This document shows positions 18,737 to 28,983 of a DNA stretch of 64,000 bases, piece after piece. The stretch comes from Bacteroidota bacterium (GTDB lineage: Bacteria; Bacteroidota; Bacteroidia; UBA8524), in contig SBGR01000034.1 in the NCBI GenBank assembly GCA_006226545.1, positions 2,864 through 66,863 on the forward strand, written 5' to 3'. The first letter of the stretch is position 1. Each line of letters opens with the position of its first letter. The position numbers and the translations under genes were made by a program. The notes below the pieces were generated by a model. It was not told the DNA's origin and made no database searches. It saw nothing but the letters and a program-made list of their open reading frames with translations.

Positions 18737-18815
18737 TTTGAAATTTCAAATCAAAAATCAACGATCAGAAATCACAAATCATTCAGATGCCGATTACTTA
18801 GCAAATACTTCCAGC

Positions 18816-20861
18816 CTAAGAAATCCCACTCCCCGCCGTCGTTCCCTCTCCCGGATCAACAAAGAAGAGTTTACCGTCGGTTTCGGTCATTAAAATCATG
18901 CCTTGCGATTCGATGCCGCGCAGTTTGCGTGGGGCTAGGTTCACCAAAACAGATACACGCTGTCCGATGATGTCTTCCGGATTGAAATGCTCTGCAATGC
19001 CTGATACGATGGTGCGTTTGTCTAAGCCGGTGTCTACCGTCAGCTGAAGCAGTTTGTCGGCCTTCGGCACCTTGACCGCCTCTAGGATGATACCTGCGCG
19101 GATGTCCATCTTGGCAAAATCGTCGTAAACAATCTCTGCCTTCTGTGGCGCAATCGGATTCGTTTCTTCTGTTGGCGTGTTTTGTGCTTCAGTCATCTGT
19201 CCCAGTTTCGCTATTTGCTTTTCTATGATTTCGTCGTCGATATTGGTAAAGAGCAAGAACGGCGCTCCCAGCTGATGTCCGGCACCCATCAATTCGGCTT
19301 TGCCGGCATCGGCCCAGGTAAACTTATCGCTCAAGCCCAGCTGTTGCTTCAATTTCTGTGTGGTCTCCGGCAAGAATGGCTCACCCAAAATGGCCAAACG
19401 CGCGCAGATGTTTAAGGCATCGGTTAAGATACCGGCTACCTTCTCCGGCTCTGTTTTCCAGAGCTTCCAAGGCTCTAAATCTGCCAAAAACTTATTACCC
19501 AAACGCGCCATGTTCATCCACTCGGATTGCGCATCTCTAAAACGATACGATTCCAGCAGTTTGGTGATTTGCGCTGTTTGTTTCGCTTGTTCTGCCAAGA
19601 GTTCTGTATGACGCTCAGAAACGCCGCCCGGCACCTGGCCTTCGTAGTATTTCTGCATCAGCACCATCACGCGGTTCACAAAGTTACCGAGGATGGCCAC
19701 CAGCTCAGAATTCACCTTCAACTGGTAATCTTTCCAAGTGAAGTCACTGTCTTTGGTCTCCGGCGCAATGCTGGTTAAGGTATAACGCAACTCGTCGTTT
19801 TTACCCGGGAATTCATCCAGGTACTCGTGCAGCCAAACGGCCCAGTTACGCGAAGTAGAGAGCTTATTGCCTTCCAAATTGAGAAACTCATTGGCCGGCA
19901 CATTGGTTGGTAAAACGAAGTCGCCATGCTCCATCAGCATCATCGGGAAGATGATGGAGTGGAACACAATATTGTCTTTACCAATGAAGTGTATCAATTC
20001 GGCATCGCCCTCCCAATAAGCCTTCCAGCCATCGGGATTGCCTTGCTGTTCAAAGTATTCTTTGGTGGCTGAGATATAGCCAATCGGTGCATCGAACCAA
20101 ACGTAAAGCACCTTGCCTTCTGCTCCTTCTACCGGCACGGGAATACCCCAATCGAGGTCGCGCGTCATGGCTCTAGGCTGCAGTCCTTCATTCAACCACG
20201 ACTTAAACTGCCCTTTCACATTGCTTTTCCAGCCTTCCACGCGTTTGGCGTATTCTTTAAAGGCAGGCGATTCGGCAATTTGATCCATCGGTAAAAACCA
20301 GTTCACCGCCTTCTTCAATACAGGGGCAGAGCCGCTAAGAGCCGATTTCGGGTTGATCAAGTCGGTAGGGCTCAAGGTAGAACCACATTTCTCGCATTGG
20401 TCGCCGTAGGCGTTCTCATTGGAGCAAACCGGACAAGTTCCTACGATATAACGATCGGCCAAAAACTGGCCTGCTTCTTCATCGTAGTATTGGTCGGTCT
20501 CTTTTTCAATAAAGAGTCCTTTATCGTATAGCTTGCGGAAAAACTCCTGTGCTGTTTTGTGGTGAATGGGGCGTGAGGTACGCGAGAAATGATCGAAGCG
20601 AATGCCAAATCGCTCAAAGGCATCTGATATCTGCGCATTGTACTTGTCTACAACCTCCTGCGGTGTTACTCCCTCTTTGCGGGCCTTCATGGTGATGGCT
20701 ACACCGTGTTCGTCTGAGCCACACACGAAAACCAGGTCTTCGCCACGCATACGTTCAAAACGGGTATAGATATCAGCCGGAAGATAGCAACCTGCTACGT
20801 GGCCGATGTGGATGGGGCCATTGGCGTAAGGCAGTGCAGCGGTAATGAGCTTTTTCGACAT
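18816..20861 (-). CDS. metG: Methionine--tRNA ligase
   Basis: 681 aa with PYANGPIHIGH (HIGH), KLSTS (KMSKS variant), zinc knuckles CPVC...CEKC, and a C-terminal EMAP-like tRNA-binding domain. Confidence 0.97.
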   Translation of the reverse strand: MSKKLITAALPYANGPIHIGHVAGCYLPADIYTRFERMRGEDLVFVCGSDEHGVAITMKARKEGVTPQEVVDKYNAQISDAFERFGIRFDHFSRTSRPIHHKTAQEFFRKLYDKGLFIEKETDQYYDEEAGQFLADRYIVGTCPVCSNENAYGDQCEKCGSTLSPTDLINPKSALSGSAPVLKKAVNWFLPMDQIAESPAFKEYAKRVEGWKSNVKGQFKSWLNEGLQPRAMTRDLDWGIPVPVEGAEGKVLYVWFDAPIGYISATKEYFEQQGNPDGWKAYWEGDAELIHFIGKDNIVFHSIIFPMMLMEHGDFVLPTNVPANEFLNLEGNKLSTSRNWAVWLHEYLDEFPGKNDELRYTLTSIAPETKDSDFTWKDYQLKVNSELVAILGNFVNRVMVLMQKYYEGQVPGGVSERHTELLAEQAKQTAQITKLLESYRFRDAQSEWMNMARLGNKFLADLEPWKLWKTEPEKVAGILTDALNICARLAILGEPFLPETTQKLKQQLGLSDKFTWADAGKAELMGAGHQLGAPFLLFTNIDDEIIEKQIAKLGQMTEAQNTPTEETNPIAPQKAEIVYDDFAKMDIRAGIILEAVKVPKADKLLQLTVDTGLDKRTIVSGIAEHFNPEDIIGQRVSVLVNLAPRKLRGIESQGMILMTETDGKLFFVDPGEGTTAGSGIS

Positions 20862-20931
20862 AGTGGCGCAAAGATAGGCCGTGACAAAACTTTTTCCGCT
20901 TTTTCCATAGAATTGTAGAGCTTTGAAAACG

Positions 20932-21822
20932 ATGATTCGTCCACCCTACCTCCAAGCAGGCGATACCATAGCCTTGGTTGCCCCCGCTCGCAAGATTGAA
21001 AGGGAGAAGGTAGCAGCAGCGGTGCAGCTTATTGAAGCTTGGGGATTGAAGGTACTCGTAGACGAGCGCCTCTTTGCCGAAGAACATCAATTTGCCGGCA
21101 GCGATGACAACCGTGCTTCGCTTATCCAAGACATGCTGAACAATACCCAAGTAAAGGCTTTAATCTGCGTTCGAGGCGGATATGGGAGTGTTCGTTTATT
21201 GGACAAGCTAAACCTGAACCATACGCCTCCCAAGTGGTTGGTGGGTTATAGCGATGTGACGGCCTTGCATGCCTATTTCCAGCACAACGGCTGGCAAAGC
21301 CTGCACGCCACCATGCCAATTAACATGATTGAAGTGAAAGATGGCGTGAGCGAAAGCAATGAACTGCTGAGGCAAGCCCTTTTTGGCGAGGTGCAAGCCA
21401 TTCCGTTTAAAGCACACCCATTTAACCGAATAGGCAAAGCCGAAGGCGAATTGTGCGGAGGTAATCTTTCTGTTTTATATAGTTTGCTTGGCAGCGCGGA
21501 CCAACCCGATACCAAGGGAAAAATCCTCTTTCTGGAAGACTTGGATGAATACCTCTACCACATCGACCGTATGCTGATGGCTTTGGATAGAGCCGGTATG
21601 TTCCAAAACCTGGCGGGACTTGTTATTGGTGGCATGACCGACATGAACGACAATACCATTCCCTTCGGTTATAGCGCAGAGGAAAGCATCCATCGCATTG
21701 TTTCCAAATACCGCTTCCCTGTTTATTATGGAATCGAAGCCGGCCATTTGAGTTTGAATAGACCGATGGTTTTTGGGGCTAACTATCAGATTGATGAGTC
21801 AGGAATGAGGTTGAGCCATTAA
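20932..21822 (+). CDS. ldcA: LD-carboxypeptidase (peptidase S66, muramoyltetrapeptide carboxypeptidase)
   Basis: GYSDVTAL nucleophile context and a C-terminal EAGH motif. Trimmed from the TTG at 20923 to the ATG at 20932. Confidence 0.85.
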   Translation: MIRPPYLQAGDTIALVAPARKIEREKVAAAVQLIEAWGLKVLVDERLFAEEHQFAGSDDNRASLIQDMLNNTQVKALICVRGGYGSVRLLDKLNLNHTPPKWLVGYSDVTALHAYFQHNGWQSLHATMPINMIEVKDGVSESNELLRQALFGEVQAIPFKAHPFNRIGKAEGELCGGNLSVLYSLLGSADQPDTKGKILFLEDLDEYLYHIDRMLMALDRAGMFQNLAGLVIGGMTDMNDNTIPFGYSAEESIHRIVSKYRFPVYYGIEAGHLSLNRPMVFGANYQIDESGMRLSH

Positions 21823-21855
21823 AAATAGAAATAGGGCTCTTTCTAAAAAGTAAAA

Positions 21856-21871
21856 TCAGGCCATGGCCTGA
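21856..21871 (+). terminator. Palindromic hairpin after ldcA (weak terminator candidate)
   Basis: Perfect 16-nt palindrome TCAGGCCATGGCCTGA with no clear T-run after it. Confidence 0.3.
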
Positions 21872-21918
21872 CTCTTCATCTAAACGATAAAATCCGTGTC
21901 TCAAGCGAAAAATCTTAC

Positions 21919-21948
21919 AAAAAAAAGGGCGCAATTCCTTACGCCCCT
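21919..21948 (-). terminator. Intrinsic terminator after the YfhO-like gene
   Basis: On the minus strand, stem GGGCG/CGCCC (21927-21931 / 21942-21946) is followed by T8 (the complement of A8 at 21919-21926). Lies about 25 nt past the stop. Confidence 0.45.
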
Positions 21949-21970
21949 TCGTGAGATATCAAGTTTTTAC

Positions 21971-24451
21971 TTAAGCCGCTTCGTCTTGTTTCATCATGCG
22001 CTTGAGGCTTAAACCTAGCGCTAACAAAATCAGCAATACCATGCTTGCACTGCCTGCTAGGGCAATTTGTTCTCCGGTATAGAAGCTGCTTGGGTGGAAT
22101 TTAAATTCGATTGTATGTTGTCCGGCAGGAACCTTCAAGGCTCTGAGAATATAGTTAGCGCGGATATGCTCTACCTCTTGGTTGTCGATATAGGCTGTCC
22201 AACCGTATTTGTAGTAAATCTCTGAGAATACGGCCAAAGCTTCTTTGCTGTTATTTGATTTGTAGACCAAATGATTCGGCTCGTATTTTTCCATTACGAT
22301 GGTAGCGCCTGGATCTGCTTGCACACCATTCAGGTAGTCTGCAAACTCTTCATTGACTACAGCCGTTTGAGCCGGATTAAAGCCCTGTCTAAGCGATAGA
22401 ATTTCATCGTTCGGGTGGCCAACTTGCTTCACCTCACTCACAAACCAAGCATTGCCTAAGGCGTAGTTGTTTTTAAGCGGCGCTCCACCCGGGTTGAGTA
22501 TGAAGTATTTTGTGTTTAGCATGTTCAATACCGGCATACCTTGTTTCATGTACAAATCGATGGTCATGAAATTGCGGTTGGTATCGTTCAATTGATTAAT
22601 CATGCCGTTCATCTCTGGCGAAATTCCACGTTCGATCACATCTTGGTAGCGGCGCATTTTTGCTCCGTGGTAACCGCCAATGGATTTATGGAAATAGCTG
22701 GTAGTGGCATCGTTAAATGGTCCGCCACGCAGCGACATATTCAATACGCGGTAATCCAGGGATGGATCTTCCAAGATTTGTTTATCGGAAGTACTTGCCG
22801 TAAACAATACCTCATTTTTGGTTTTGCGTTTGTAGCGGTCTTGTTCGCCGTAGCGGGTATTTACCGTCCACTGATCTACCAACATAAACAAGGCTAACAA
22901 AGCGCCCAATACCGGCATTTTGTACATCTCACGTTTTAAACCGTGGATACCCAACCAAGCCAAAGCAATAAAGATAAAGGAACGGAAGGCATCGTTGCGT
23001 AGCATGCTTGCTCTGTAATCAGTTAATGCATCCAAAACGCGAGGGTCGATGTTTTGTGTGGCTTCGTTTGCCGAAAGAAAGTCGAAAATGGATGACCCAA
23101 TTAAAGCCAAGGCTAGGCTTAAACCTCCCGTGATATAGAAGGCAAGGTTAAGCTTCTTAATAAACTGCTCGTCTTTCAGGTTTTCGATTACCGCATGTAA
23201 GCCCAACGCGCCCAGAAAGGCAAAGCAGAGCTGCGTAATAGCGGTAAACATGGTAACGGAACGGAACTTATCGTACAGTGGAACCGCATTGAAAAACAAA
23301 TCGCTCAAGAACAGACTGTTTTTGCCCATGCTAAGCGATAATGCTAGGAATGCCGTTATGATGAGCCATACTTTTTTAGAGTTCGTTTTAGCTACCAATA
23401 ATCCCAGTACAAACAAGAAACAGATAATCGCTCCTAGGTAAAATGGACCGGCAACATAACGTTGATCTCCCCAATAGGTAGGGATTACGGTTTGGCCCGT
23501 CATACGCGCCAGTTCACTTTTCTTATCGATCTCCATCGCGCTAGCGCCGCCAAAGGCATTTGGAACTAAGAAGGTCAGCGGTTCTAAACGACTATAGCTG
23601 TAGTCATCAAAGATGTAATCATAGTCCAGACCATCCTCATTAGAACCTTCTTCCAACGTTAACTCAGAACCTCCGCGGGTAGAGACTTTACCGTATTCGT
23701 AGGTAGTCCAAAGGGTAGATGTATTAGGTAGGATACCAATTACGGCCGAACCGAGAAGTATGCTACCGGCTATGATGAATTCTTTCAGCTGTTGTTCGCG
23801 GATAGCGAAAACCAGCTTCACCAACATGAAGATTACGATGGTGATGAGCATATAATAGGTAATCTGGAGGTGGTTAGCGTAGAGGTTGATGGTAAGCGCG
23901 AAAGCCGTAAGACCCGCACCTGCCAAGTAGAGCTTTCGGAACACCAGGTTGATACCCGCCAGGATAAGCGGTGAGTACATGAGCACCCAGATTTTATTGG
24001 AGTGACCTACCTCAATACCAATGATATTAAAGGTAGAGAAGGCATAGCCGATGGAGACGGCCATCGCTATCCAGACATTTATTTTAAAGCTGACCAGCAT
24101 AATAAAGAAGCAGGTCATGAGCAAGAAAAGCGAGGTAATTGGCCAGCGATCGTAACCCAAGCCATAGGTTATGGCGCTGAAGATATGTCCGGCCCAGTTA
24201 TTTGGGTATTTAGCACTGATTTGGTAAGCTGGCATTCCGGAGAACATGGAGTTCGTCCACATACTTTGTTCGCCTGTCTTCTCTTGGAACTCTTTGAGCT
24301 CGTGCGACATCCCTTCGGCTTGTTGGATATCACTTTGGAACATGACTTTTTTACCGTCCACCAAAGGAGAGAAATAGGCGGAGGCAACGGCTAGAAATAC
24401 CAGAATCGAAAGCAGGTGTGGCCCATAGGCCTGAAGGAGCTTTTTGAACAT
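21971..24451 (-). CDS. YfhO-family polytopic membrane protein (GT-C-like)
   Basis: 826 aa with more than 10 N-terminal and central TM helices, a large extracytoplasmic C-terminal part and a final TM. The overall architecture and sequence feel match YfhO. Confidence 0.6.
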   Translation of the reverse strand: MFKKLLQAYGPHLLSILVFLAVASAYFSPLVDGKKVMFQSDIQQAEGMSHELKEFQEKTGEQSMWTNSMFSGMPAYQISAKYPNNWAGHIFSAITYGLGYDRWPITSLFLLMTCFFIMLVSFKINVWIAMAVSIGYAFSTFNIIGIEVGHSNKIWVLMYSPLILAGINLVFRKLYLAGAGLTAFALTINLYANHLQITYYMLITIVIFMLVKLVFAIREQQLKEFIIAGSILLGSAVIGILPNTSTLWTTYEYGKVSTRGGSELTLEEGSNEDGLDYDYIFDDYSYSRLEPLTFLVPNAFGGASAMEIDKKSELARMTGQTVIPTYWGDQRYVAGPFYLGAIICFLFVLGLLVAKTNSKKVWLIITAFLALSLSMGKNSLFLSDLFFNAVPLYDKFRSVTMFTAITQLCFAFLGALGLHAVIENLKDEQFIKKLNLAFYITGGLSLALALIGSSIFDFLSANEATQNIDPRVLDALTDYRASMLRNDAFRSFIFIALAWLGIHGLKREMYKMPVLGALLALFMLVDQWTVNTRYGEQDRYKRKTKNEVLFTASTSDKQILEDPSLDYRVLNMSLRGGPFNDATTSYFHKSIGGYHGAKMRRYQDVIERGISPEMNGMINQLNDTNRNFMTIDLYMKQGMPVLNMLNTKYFILNPGGAPLKNNYALGNAWFVSEVKQVGHPNDEILSLRQGFNPAQTAVVNEEFADYLNGVQADPGATIVMEKYEPNHLVYKSNNSKEALAVFSEIYYKYGWTAYIDNQEVEHIRANYILRALKVPAGQHTIEFKFHPSSFYTGEQIALAGSASMVLLILLALGLSLKRMMKQDEAA

Positions 24452-24487
24452 GATGCTTTTATTGCTAAAGCATCAAATATAGGATTT

Positions 24488-25546
24488 TTAGTGTTGGATG
24501 AGCGTTTGAATCAATTTGTGATCTGAACTCCAATGCGCACCTGATTTATAGGAGAAGCTGCTGAAGCTTTCCGGTATAAAGATATAGTCGATGCGGTAAG
24601 AAGGGAAAGGACCAACATAGGTATTTCCAGCTCCTTCTCCGCTTTCCACAAAGGCGTCTTTGCCTTCGCCACGCAGTTTACGGTAAGTATAGGAAAGCTG
24701 AGTATCGTTCATGTCGCCGGCAATGATGATTGGATAAGGCGAATCTTCCATGTGTTCTAAAAGCAACTCAACCTGTTCGGAGCGTTTTTCAAAGCCGGAT
24801 TTCAATCGCTTGATGATACTTTTCGATTTCTTCACGGCTTTCTCTTGGTCTTCCATGTCTTCGCTTTGGAACTGTTCTGCCGTGCTGAGTTTATTGGATT
24901 GAAGGTGAACAGAGTAAACGCGCACCGTATCTTTTCGAATGATAAGGTCGGCCCAAACTGCTCCATTGCCAATGGTTTCAGGGAATTTAATAATTCCCGA
25001 TTTCAGCATCTTATACCTTGTAAACAGGACCACACCAATTCCATCACCAGAAGGTACATTGGTAACCAGGTGACGCATTTTCAGTTTCTTTTTCAACTCC
25101 GCACTGGTTTCCAGCTTGCGGTCGCCTTTGCGGTGGGGAAACTCTTGAAAACAAACTATTTCAGGCTTGACATCGCTCAAATAATGAAGCATGGAATCGA
25201 AGAAAACTTCTTTAGTTCCCCAGCCAAAGTTTTTCACATTCATGCTTACCAGCAGCGTATTTTCTTCGGTATGTTCAGCTTCTTCTCCGTTTATCTTGAC
25301 AATTTTACTGTAGTGACTATAGCCCATTAGGAGCACAATAGCGCTGAAGAAAACTTTGAGTTTGCCTTGGATGAGCCAATAGATAACGAAGATGAGATTG
25401 GCAATAAACAAGACTGGAAAAGCCAGACCAAAGAAGGCGGCCATCCACCAAATCATCGGATTCACATACGGTGCAGCATAGGCTAACATCAGCGCCATGG
25501 CTGCAATGATATTGAGTATCCAGAGTATGCGATTTAAAATAAACAT
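24488..25546 (-). CDS. Membrane-anchored endonuclease/exonuclease/phosphatase (EEP) family protein
   Basis: 352 aa with 3 N-terminal TM helices followed by EEP motifs (CFQEF, GDMND, SDHKL). Confidence 0.75.
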   Translation of the reverse strand: MFILNRILWILNIIAAMALMLAYAAPYVNPMIWWMAAFFGLAFPVLFIANLIFVIYWLIQGKLKVFFSAIVLLMGYSHYSKIVKINGEEAEHTEENTLLVSMNVKNFGWGTKEVFFDSMLHYLSDVKPEIVCFQEFPHRKGDRKLETSAELKKKLKMRHLVTNVPSGDGIGVVLFTRYKMLKSGIIKFPETIGNGAVWADLIIRKDTVRVYSVHLQSNKLSTAEQFQSEDMEDQEKAVKKSKSIIKRLKSGFEKRSEQVELLLEHMEDSPYPIIIAGDMNDTQLSYTYRKLRGEGKDAFVESGEGAGNTYVGPFPSYRIDYIFIPESFSSFSYKSGAHWSSDHKLIQTLIQH

Positions 25547-25548
25547 GG

Positions 25549-26430
25549 CTATTTGCTGGCTTTGAAGAGCGCTTCTCGTTCTTTGCGGGTGAGCGATTCG
25601 TAACCTGAGCTATTGATTTTATCTAAGATGGCGTCTATCTCATCTTGGTTGGGTTTCTCTTCAGTATCCGTTTTCATGTAAACCGTTTTATAACTGCGGT
25701 ACATGGTCTTTTCGTCTTTCTTTCGCTTAAAAACTTTGTTAACCAAACGTGTTATCGACTCACCCCAAGTATCTAAGATGGAATAATGGCGAATGTAACG
25801 GGTATACAAGAATCCAAAAAGAGCACCCCCTAAATGCGCGAGATTTCCGCCCGGATTGCCACCTCCCATGCCAAAGTAAGACAAGAGAATCATCACAACG
25901 GCAATCCACTTCAAGGGAATATTAAAGATCAGCAATCGAACCGCGTAATTGGGAATTAAGGTTGCAATGGCCGCCACAACTGCTAAAACAGACCCTGATG
26001 CTCCCAACAAAGGACGATCACTATACGGTATCAAAGCCGGAATCAGGTTCATGCCGAGCATGAAGAACAGTCCCCCGGAAATACCCCCCCAGAAATACAC
26101 TTGAACCAGACGCTTGTCGCCTAAAAAGTCGCGGAAGATATTTCCTAGAAAATAAAGGTAAATCATGTTAGAAGCGATGTGCATCACTCCTTGTTGTGTG
26201 AACATGTAAGTAAACAAAGTCCACGGCTTGTAAATAAACTGACTTGGAAGCGCCGGCAACATCAGGCCGCTTAAAAAGGTCTCCCCAACGGAATCGTCTT
26301 GAAGAAAAAGTTGACCAAAAAGTCGGACGGTATGCACCAGCAAGAAGACAAAGACATTGACTATAATCAGTTTCCTGATTACGTTATTGCCTTTGTTAAA
26401 CTGATAACGTATGTCGTCTAACCAACTCAT
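25549..26430 (-). CDS. Rhomboid family intramembrane serine protease
   Basis: 293 aa with GASGSVLAV (GxSG) and AHLGGALFG (His helix), plus a C-terminal cytoplasmic tail. Confidence 0.85.
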   Translation of the reverse strand: MSWLDDIRYQFNKGNNVIRKLIIVNVFVFLLVHTVRLFGQLFLQDDSVGETFLSGLMLPALPSQFIYKPWTLFTYMFTQQGVMHIASNMIYLYFLGNIFRDFLGDKRLVQVYFWGGISGGLFFMLGMNLIPALIPYSDRPLLGASGSVLAVVAAIATLIPNYAVRLLIFNIPLKWIAVVMILLSYFGMGGGNPGGNLAHLGGALFGFLYTRYIRHYSILDTWGESITRLVNKVFKRKKDEKTMYRSYKTVYMKTDTEEKPNQDEIDAILDKINSSGYESLTRKEREALFKASK

Positions 26431-26431
26431 C

Positions 26432-27157
26432 TTAATAAAAACGCGACCGGTCTTGTTTCCAGTATTTCATTAATATGTACGCAAAGAGCACACCACCCAA
26501 GTGGGCAAAATGAGCCACATTATCGCCAGATCGATTTGCGAAGCCCAAGTAAAGCTCAATGCCAATCAGTCCAAGAACAAAGTATTTCGCCTTTAATGGA
26601 ATTGCACCGTAGAGGTAGAGTTCTGTATTCGGAAACAACATTCCGAAAGCGGTGAGCAATCCAAATACTGCCCCTGAAGCACCAACTGCGGGACCGTATA
26701 ATTGGATAATTCTGGCTTGCTCCATCGGATTAGCAAATCGGAAAGCATAATCCACTCCTTCACTTAAATAAGCCTGGTAAACTTCCGGACTCATCGTGCT
26801 CATCACCGATTGGATATCAAAGTAGCGCGAAGTATTGTGCAATAATGCCGCGCCCAGACCAGTAATAAAATAGAAGATGGCCAATCGCTTGCCTCCCCAT
26901 ACTTGTTCTAGCACTGTACCAAACATGTAAAGGGTGAACATGTTCATGAAAATATGCCAGAAATCGGCATGCATAAACATGTGGGTTACCACTTGGTAGG
27001 GCCTGAATGCCTCAAAGGTCCAATAGAATAAGCCCAATTTCATGTCCAGATCAATATGGAACATGGAACCGGCAATGAGTTTAGCAGCGAAGAACAAACC
27101 GTTTAGAATCAGCAAATTCTTAACTACCGGTGTATCGTTTAAATTCCTTCTTAGCAT
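26432..27157 (-). CDS. Rhomboid family intramembrane serine protease
   Basis: 241 aa with HMFMHADFWHIFMNM, GASGAVFGL and AHLGGVLFA. Confidence 0.85.
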   Translation of the reverse strand: MLRRNLNDTPVVKNLLILNGLFFAAKLIAGSMFHIDLDMKLGLFYWTFEAFRPYQVVTHMFMHADFWHIFMNMFTLYMFGTVLEQVWGGKRLAIFYFITGLGAALLHNTSRYFDIQSVMSTMSPEVYQAYLSEGVDYAFRFANPMEQARIIQLYGPAVGASGAVFGLLTAFGMLFPNTELYLYGAIPLKAKYFVLGLIGIELYLGFANRSGDNVAHFAHLGGVLFAYILMKYWKQDRSRFY

Positions 27158-28980
27158 TAGGCAAAGAGTTTAGCTAGTTGTTGTGCATCGAAACCTATCA
27201 CCACCGGCTTACCATCGGGGGTAAAGCGGTATTCGCTGCAATTCCATAAATCATTCAATAATTCCGTCATTTCCGGTCCCGACATAACGCGACCTTTTTT
27301 CATCCCACTTCGTTTGGCCAAAGCATGTGCCAGCTTCTCCTGCTGATCAGCGCCCTGAAAGCCCGAACTCATCTTGTATTCTTCTACAATTCCTTCCAGA
27401 AGTTCCTTAGCCTCAGCCTTTTCTGATTCTGCAGGCAATCCATTTATGATAAAACTGTTATTTCCGAATGGGTTGATATCAAAGCCAAGATGTCTGATTT
27501 CTTCCAAAAGTTCTTCCACCAACAATGCATCATTGGCAGAAAATTCAATGACACGTGGAAACAGCAATTGCTGACTCGCGCTTTTATGCCTTTCCTTGTT
27601 GCGCATCAATCGCTCAAAAAGCACACGCTCATGTGCTCGCTCTTGATCAACCAAAAGCATCTCTTGGTTAAGCTGCGTAACAATAAACGATTGGTGGAGC
27701 TGCATCACCGGGGCACCATTGAAAACCTGCTTCGGAGCCGAATGCGTTTCTGAGTTAAAGAATAAGTTTGGCGCTTCTTCCTGTTCTTTGGGCTGGGATT
27801 CCATGCCAACGTATAGATCTTCCCACCTTCCGAGATTCTTTTTCTGGCGTGGGATGCTACCGTCCAGCTGGAAAGGATTATACGAAGGATTCACCTGCAA
27901 CTTCGGTTCCGTTGGAAACTCGGGCTGCTCTTTTCCTTGCAAGAAAGACTGGAATGAGCTATCGTCAAATAAGGAATCTACCCTAGAACCTATCAGATTC
28001 TCAGCCAATACTTTACGTATTACTGATTTAAGCAGGGCATAAAGTGTTTTTTCATCCTCAAACTTGATTTCGGTTTTGGTAGGATGTACGTTAATATCGA
28101 CTCTTTCCGGATCCAATTCGAGGAAAACCACATAGGTAGGAAAGGTATCTTCCGGGAGGTATTCTTTGTAGGTATTGGCGATGGCGTGGTTCAGGTATGG
28201 GTCTTTGATAAACCTGCCGTTCACGATGAAATATTGATCTCCTCGGGTCTTTTTAGCGATTTTCGGACTGCCTAAGAAGACACGGTAATCCGCTGCCGGT
28301 GAATGTTCTTCTCCGTAAAATATTTCAGCCGAATCCAAGGCCAGTAATTGAGCGATGCGTGTTTTCTGGTCGCCGGGAATTAGATCAAGAAGGAGATTTC
28401 CGTTGTGTTCAATGCTGAAACGCACATCCGGATTTGGCATGCTTACACGCGTGAACTCATCCATAATGTGTTTGATCTCTACCGCATTCGACTTTAAGAA
28501 GTTTCGACGAGCGGGGATATTGTAGAAGAGGTTTTTCACAGCAATGCTGGTGCCCTGAGCACAAACATCTTCTTGTTGCTTCAGCACTTTCGAGGCTTCA
28601 ATCACCACCATGCTGCCCAGCTCTGACTTGGCAGGACGAGTGCGCATCTCAACCTGTGCAACGGAGGCGATAGACGCCATAGCCTCTCCGCGAAAACCAA
28701 AGCTGCGAATATGAAATAGGTCTTCTGTTTTTCTGATTTTACTAGTTGCGTGGCGCTCCCAGCATAGGCGTGCATCAATAGGCGACATGCCTTTACCGTT
28801 ATCGATGACTTGAATGAGGGTTCTGCCCGCATCTTTTATCAACACTTTGATTTCGGTGGCTCCGGCATCAATGGCATTTTCCATGAGCTCCTTCACCACC
28901 GAAGCAGGCCTTTGAATAACCTCTCCTGCGGCAATCTGGTTAGCGATGGACTCCGGTAAAACAGCAATAATATCTTGCAT
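27157..28980 (-). CDS. mutL: DNA mismatch repair protein MutL
   Basis: 607 aa with GHKL motifs ELMENAIDAG, DNGKGM and FGFRGEA, plus a C-terminal dimerisation domain. Confidence 0.95.
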   Translation of the reverse strand: MQDIIAVLPESIANQIAAGEVIQRPASVVKELMENAIDAGATEIKVLIKDAGRTLIQVIDNGKGMSPIDARLCWERHATSKIRKTEDLFHIRSFGFRGEAMASIASVAQVEMRTRPAKSELGSMVVIEASKVLKQQEDVCAQGTSIAVKNLFYNIPARRNFLKSNAVEIKHIMDEFTRVSMPNPDVRFSIEHNGNLLLDLIPGDQKTRIAQLLALDSAEIFYGEEHSPAADYRVFLGSPKIAKKTRGDQYFIVNGRFIKDPYLNHAIANTYKEYLPEDTFPTYVVFLELDPERVDINVHPTKTEIKFEDEKTLYALLKSVIRKVLAENLIGSRVDSLFDDSSFQSFLQGKEQPEFPTEPKLQVNPSYNPFQLDGSIPRQKKNLGRWEDLYVGMESQPKEQEEAPNLFFNSETHSAPKQVFNGAPVMQLHQSFIVTQLNQEMLLVDQERAHERVLFERLMRNKERHKSASQQLLFPRVIEFSANDALLVEELLEEIRHLGFDINPFGNNSFIINGLPAESEKAEAKELLEGIVEEYKMSSGFQGADQQEKLAHALAKRSGMKKGRVMSGPEMTELLNDLWNCSEYRFTPDGKPVVIGFDAQQLAKLFA

Positions 28981-28983
28981 GGA

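Noticed and set aside
18736-18751. 16-nt perfect AT-rich palindrome ATTTGAAATTTCAAAT after the small membrane-protein gene
   Set aside because: It contains only two G:C pairs, so any hairpin would be very weak. It probably reflects AT-rich low complexity (neighbouring AAATCA-type repeats) rather than a terminator or binding site.
18627-18893. 88-aa plus-strand ORF crossing from the small membrane-protein gene into the metG 3' end
   Set aside because: It is out of frame with both supported genes and spans their intergenic spacer.
20773-21150. 125-aa minus-strand ORF spanning the metG start and the ldcA 5' region
   Set aside because: It overlaps two confidently called genes and the divergent promoter between them.
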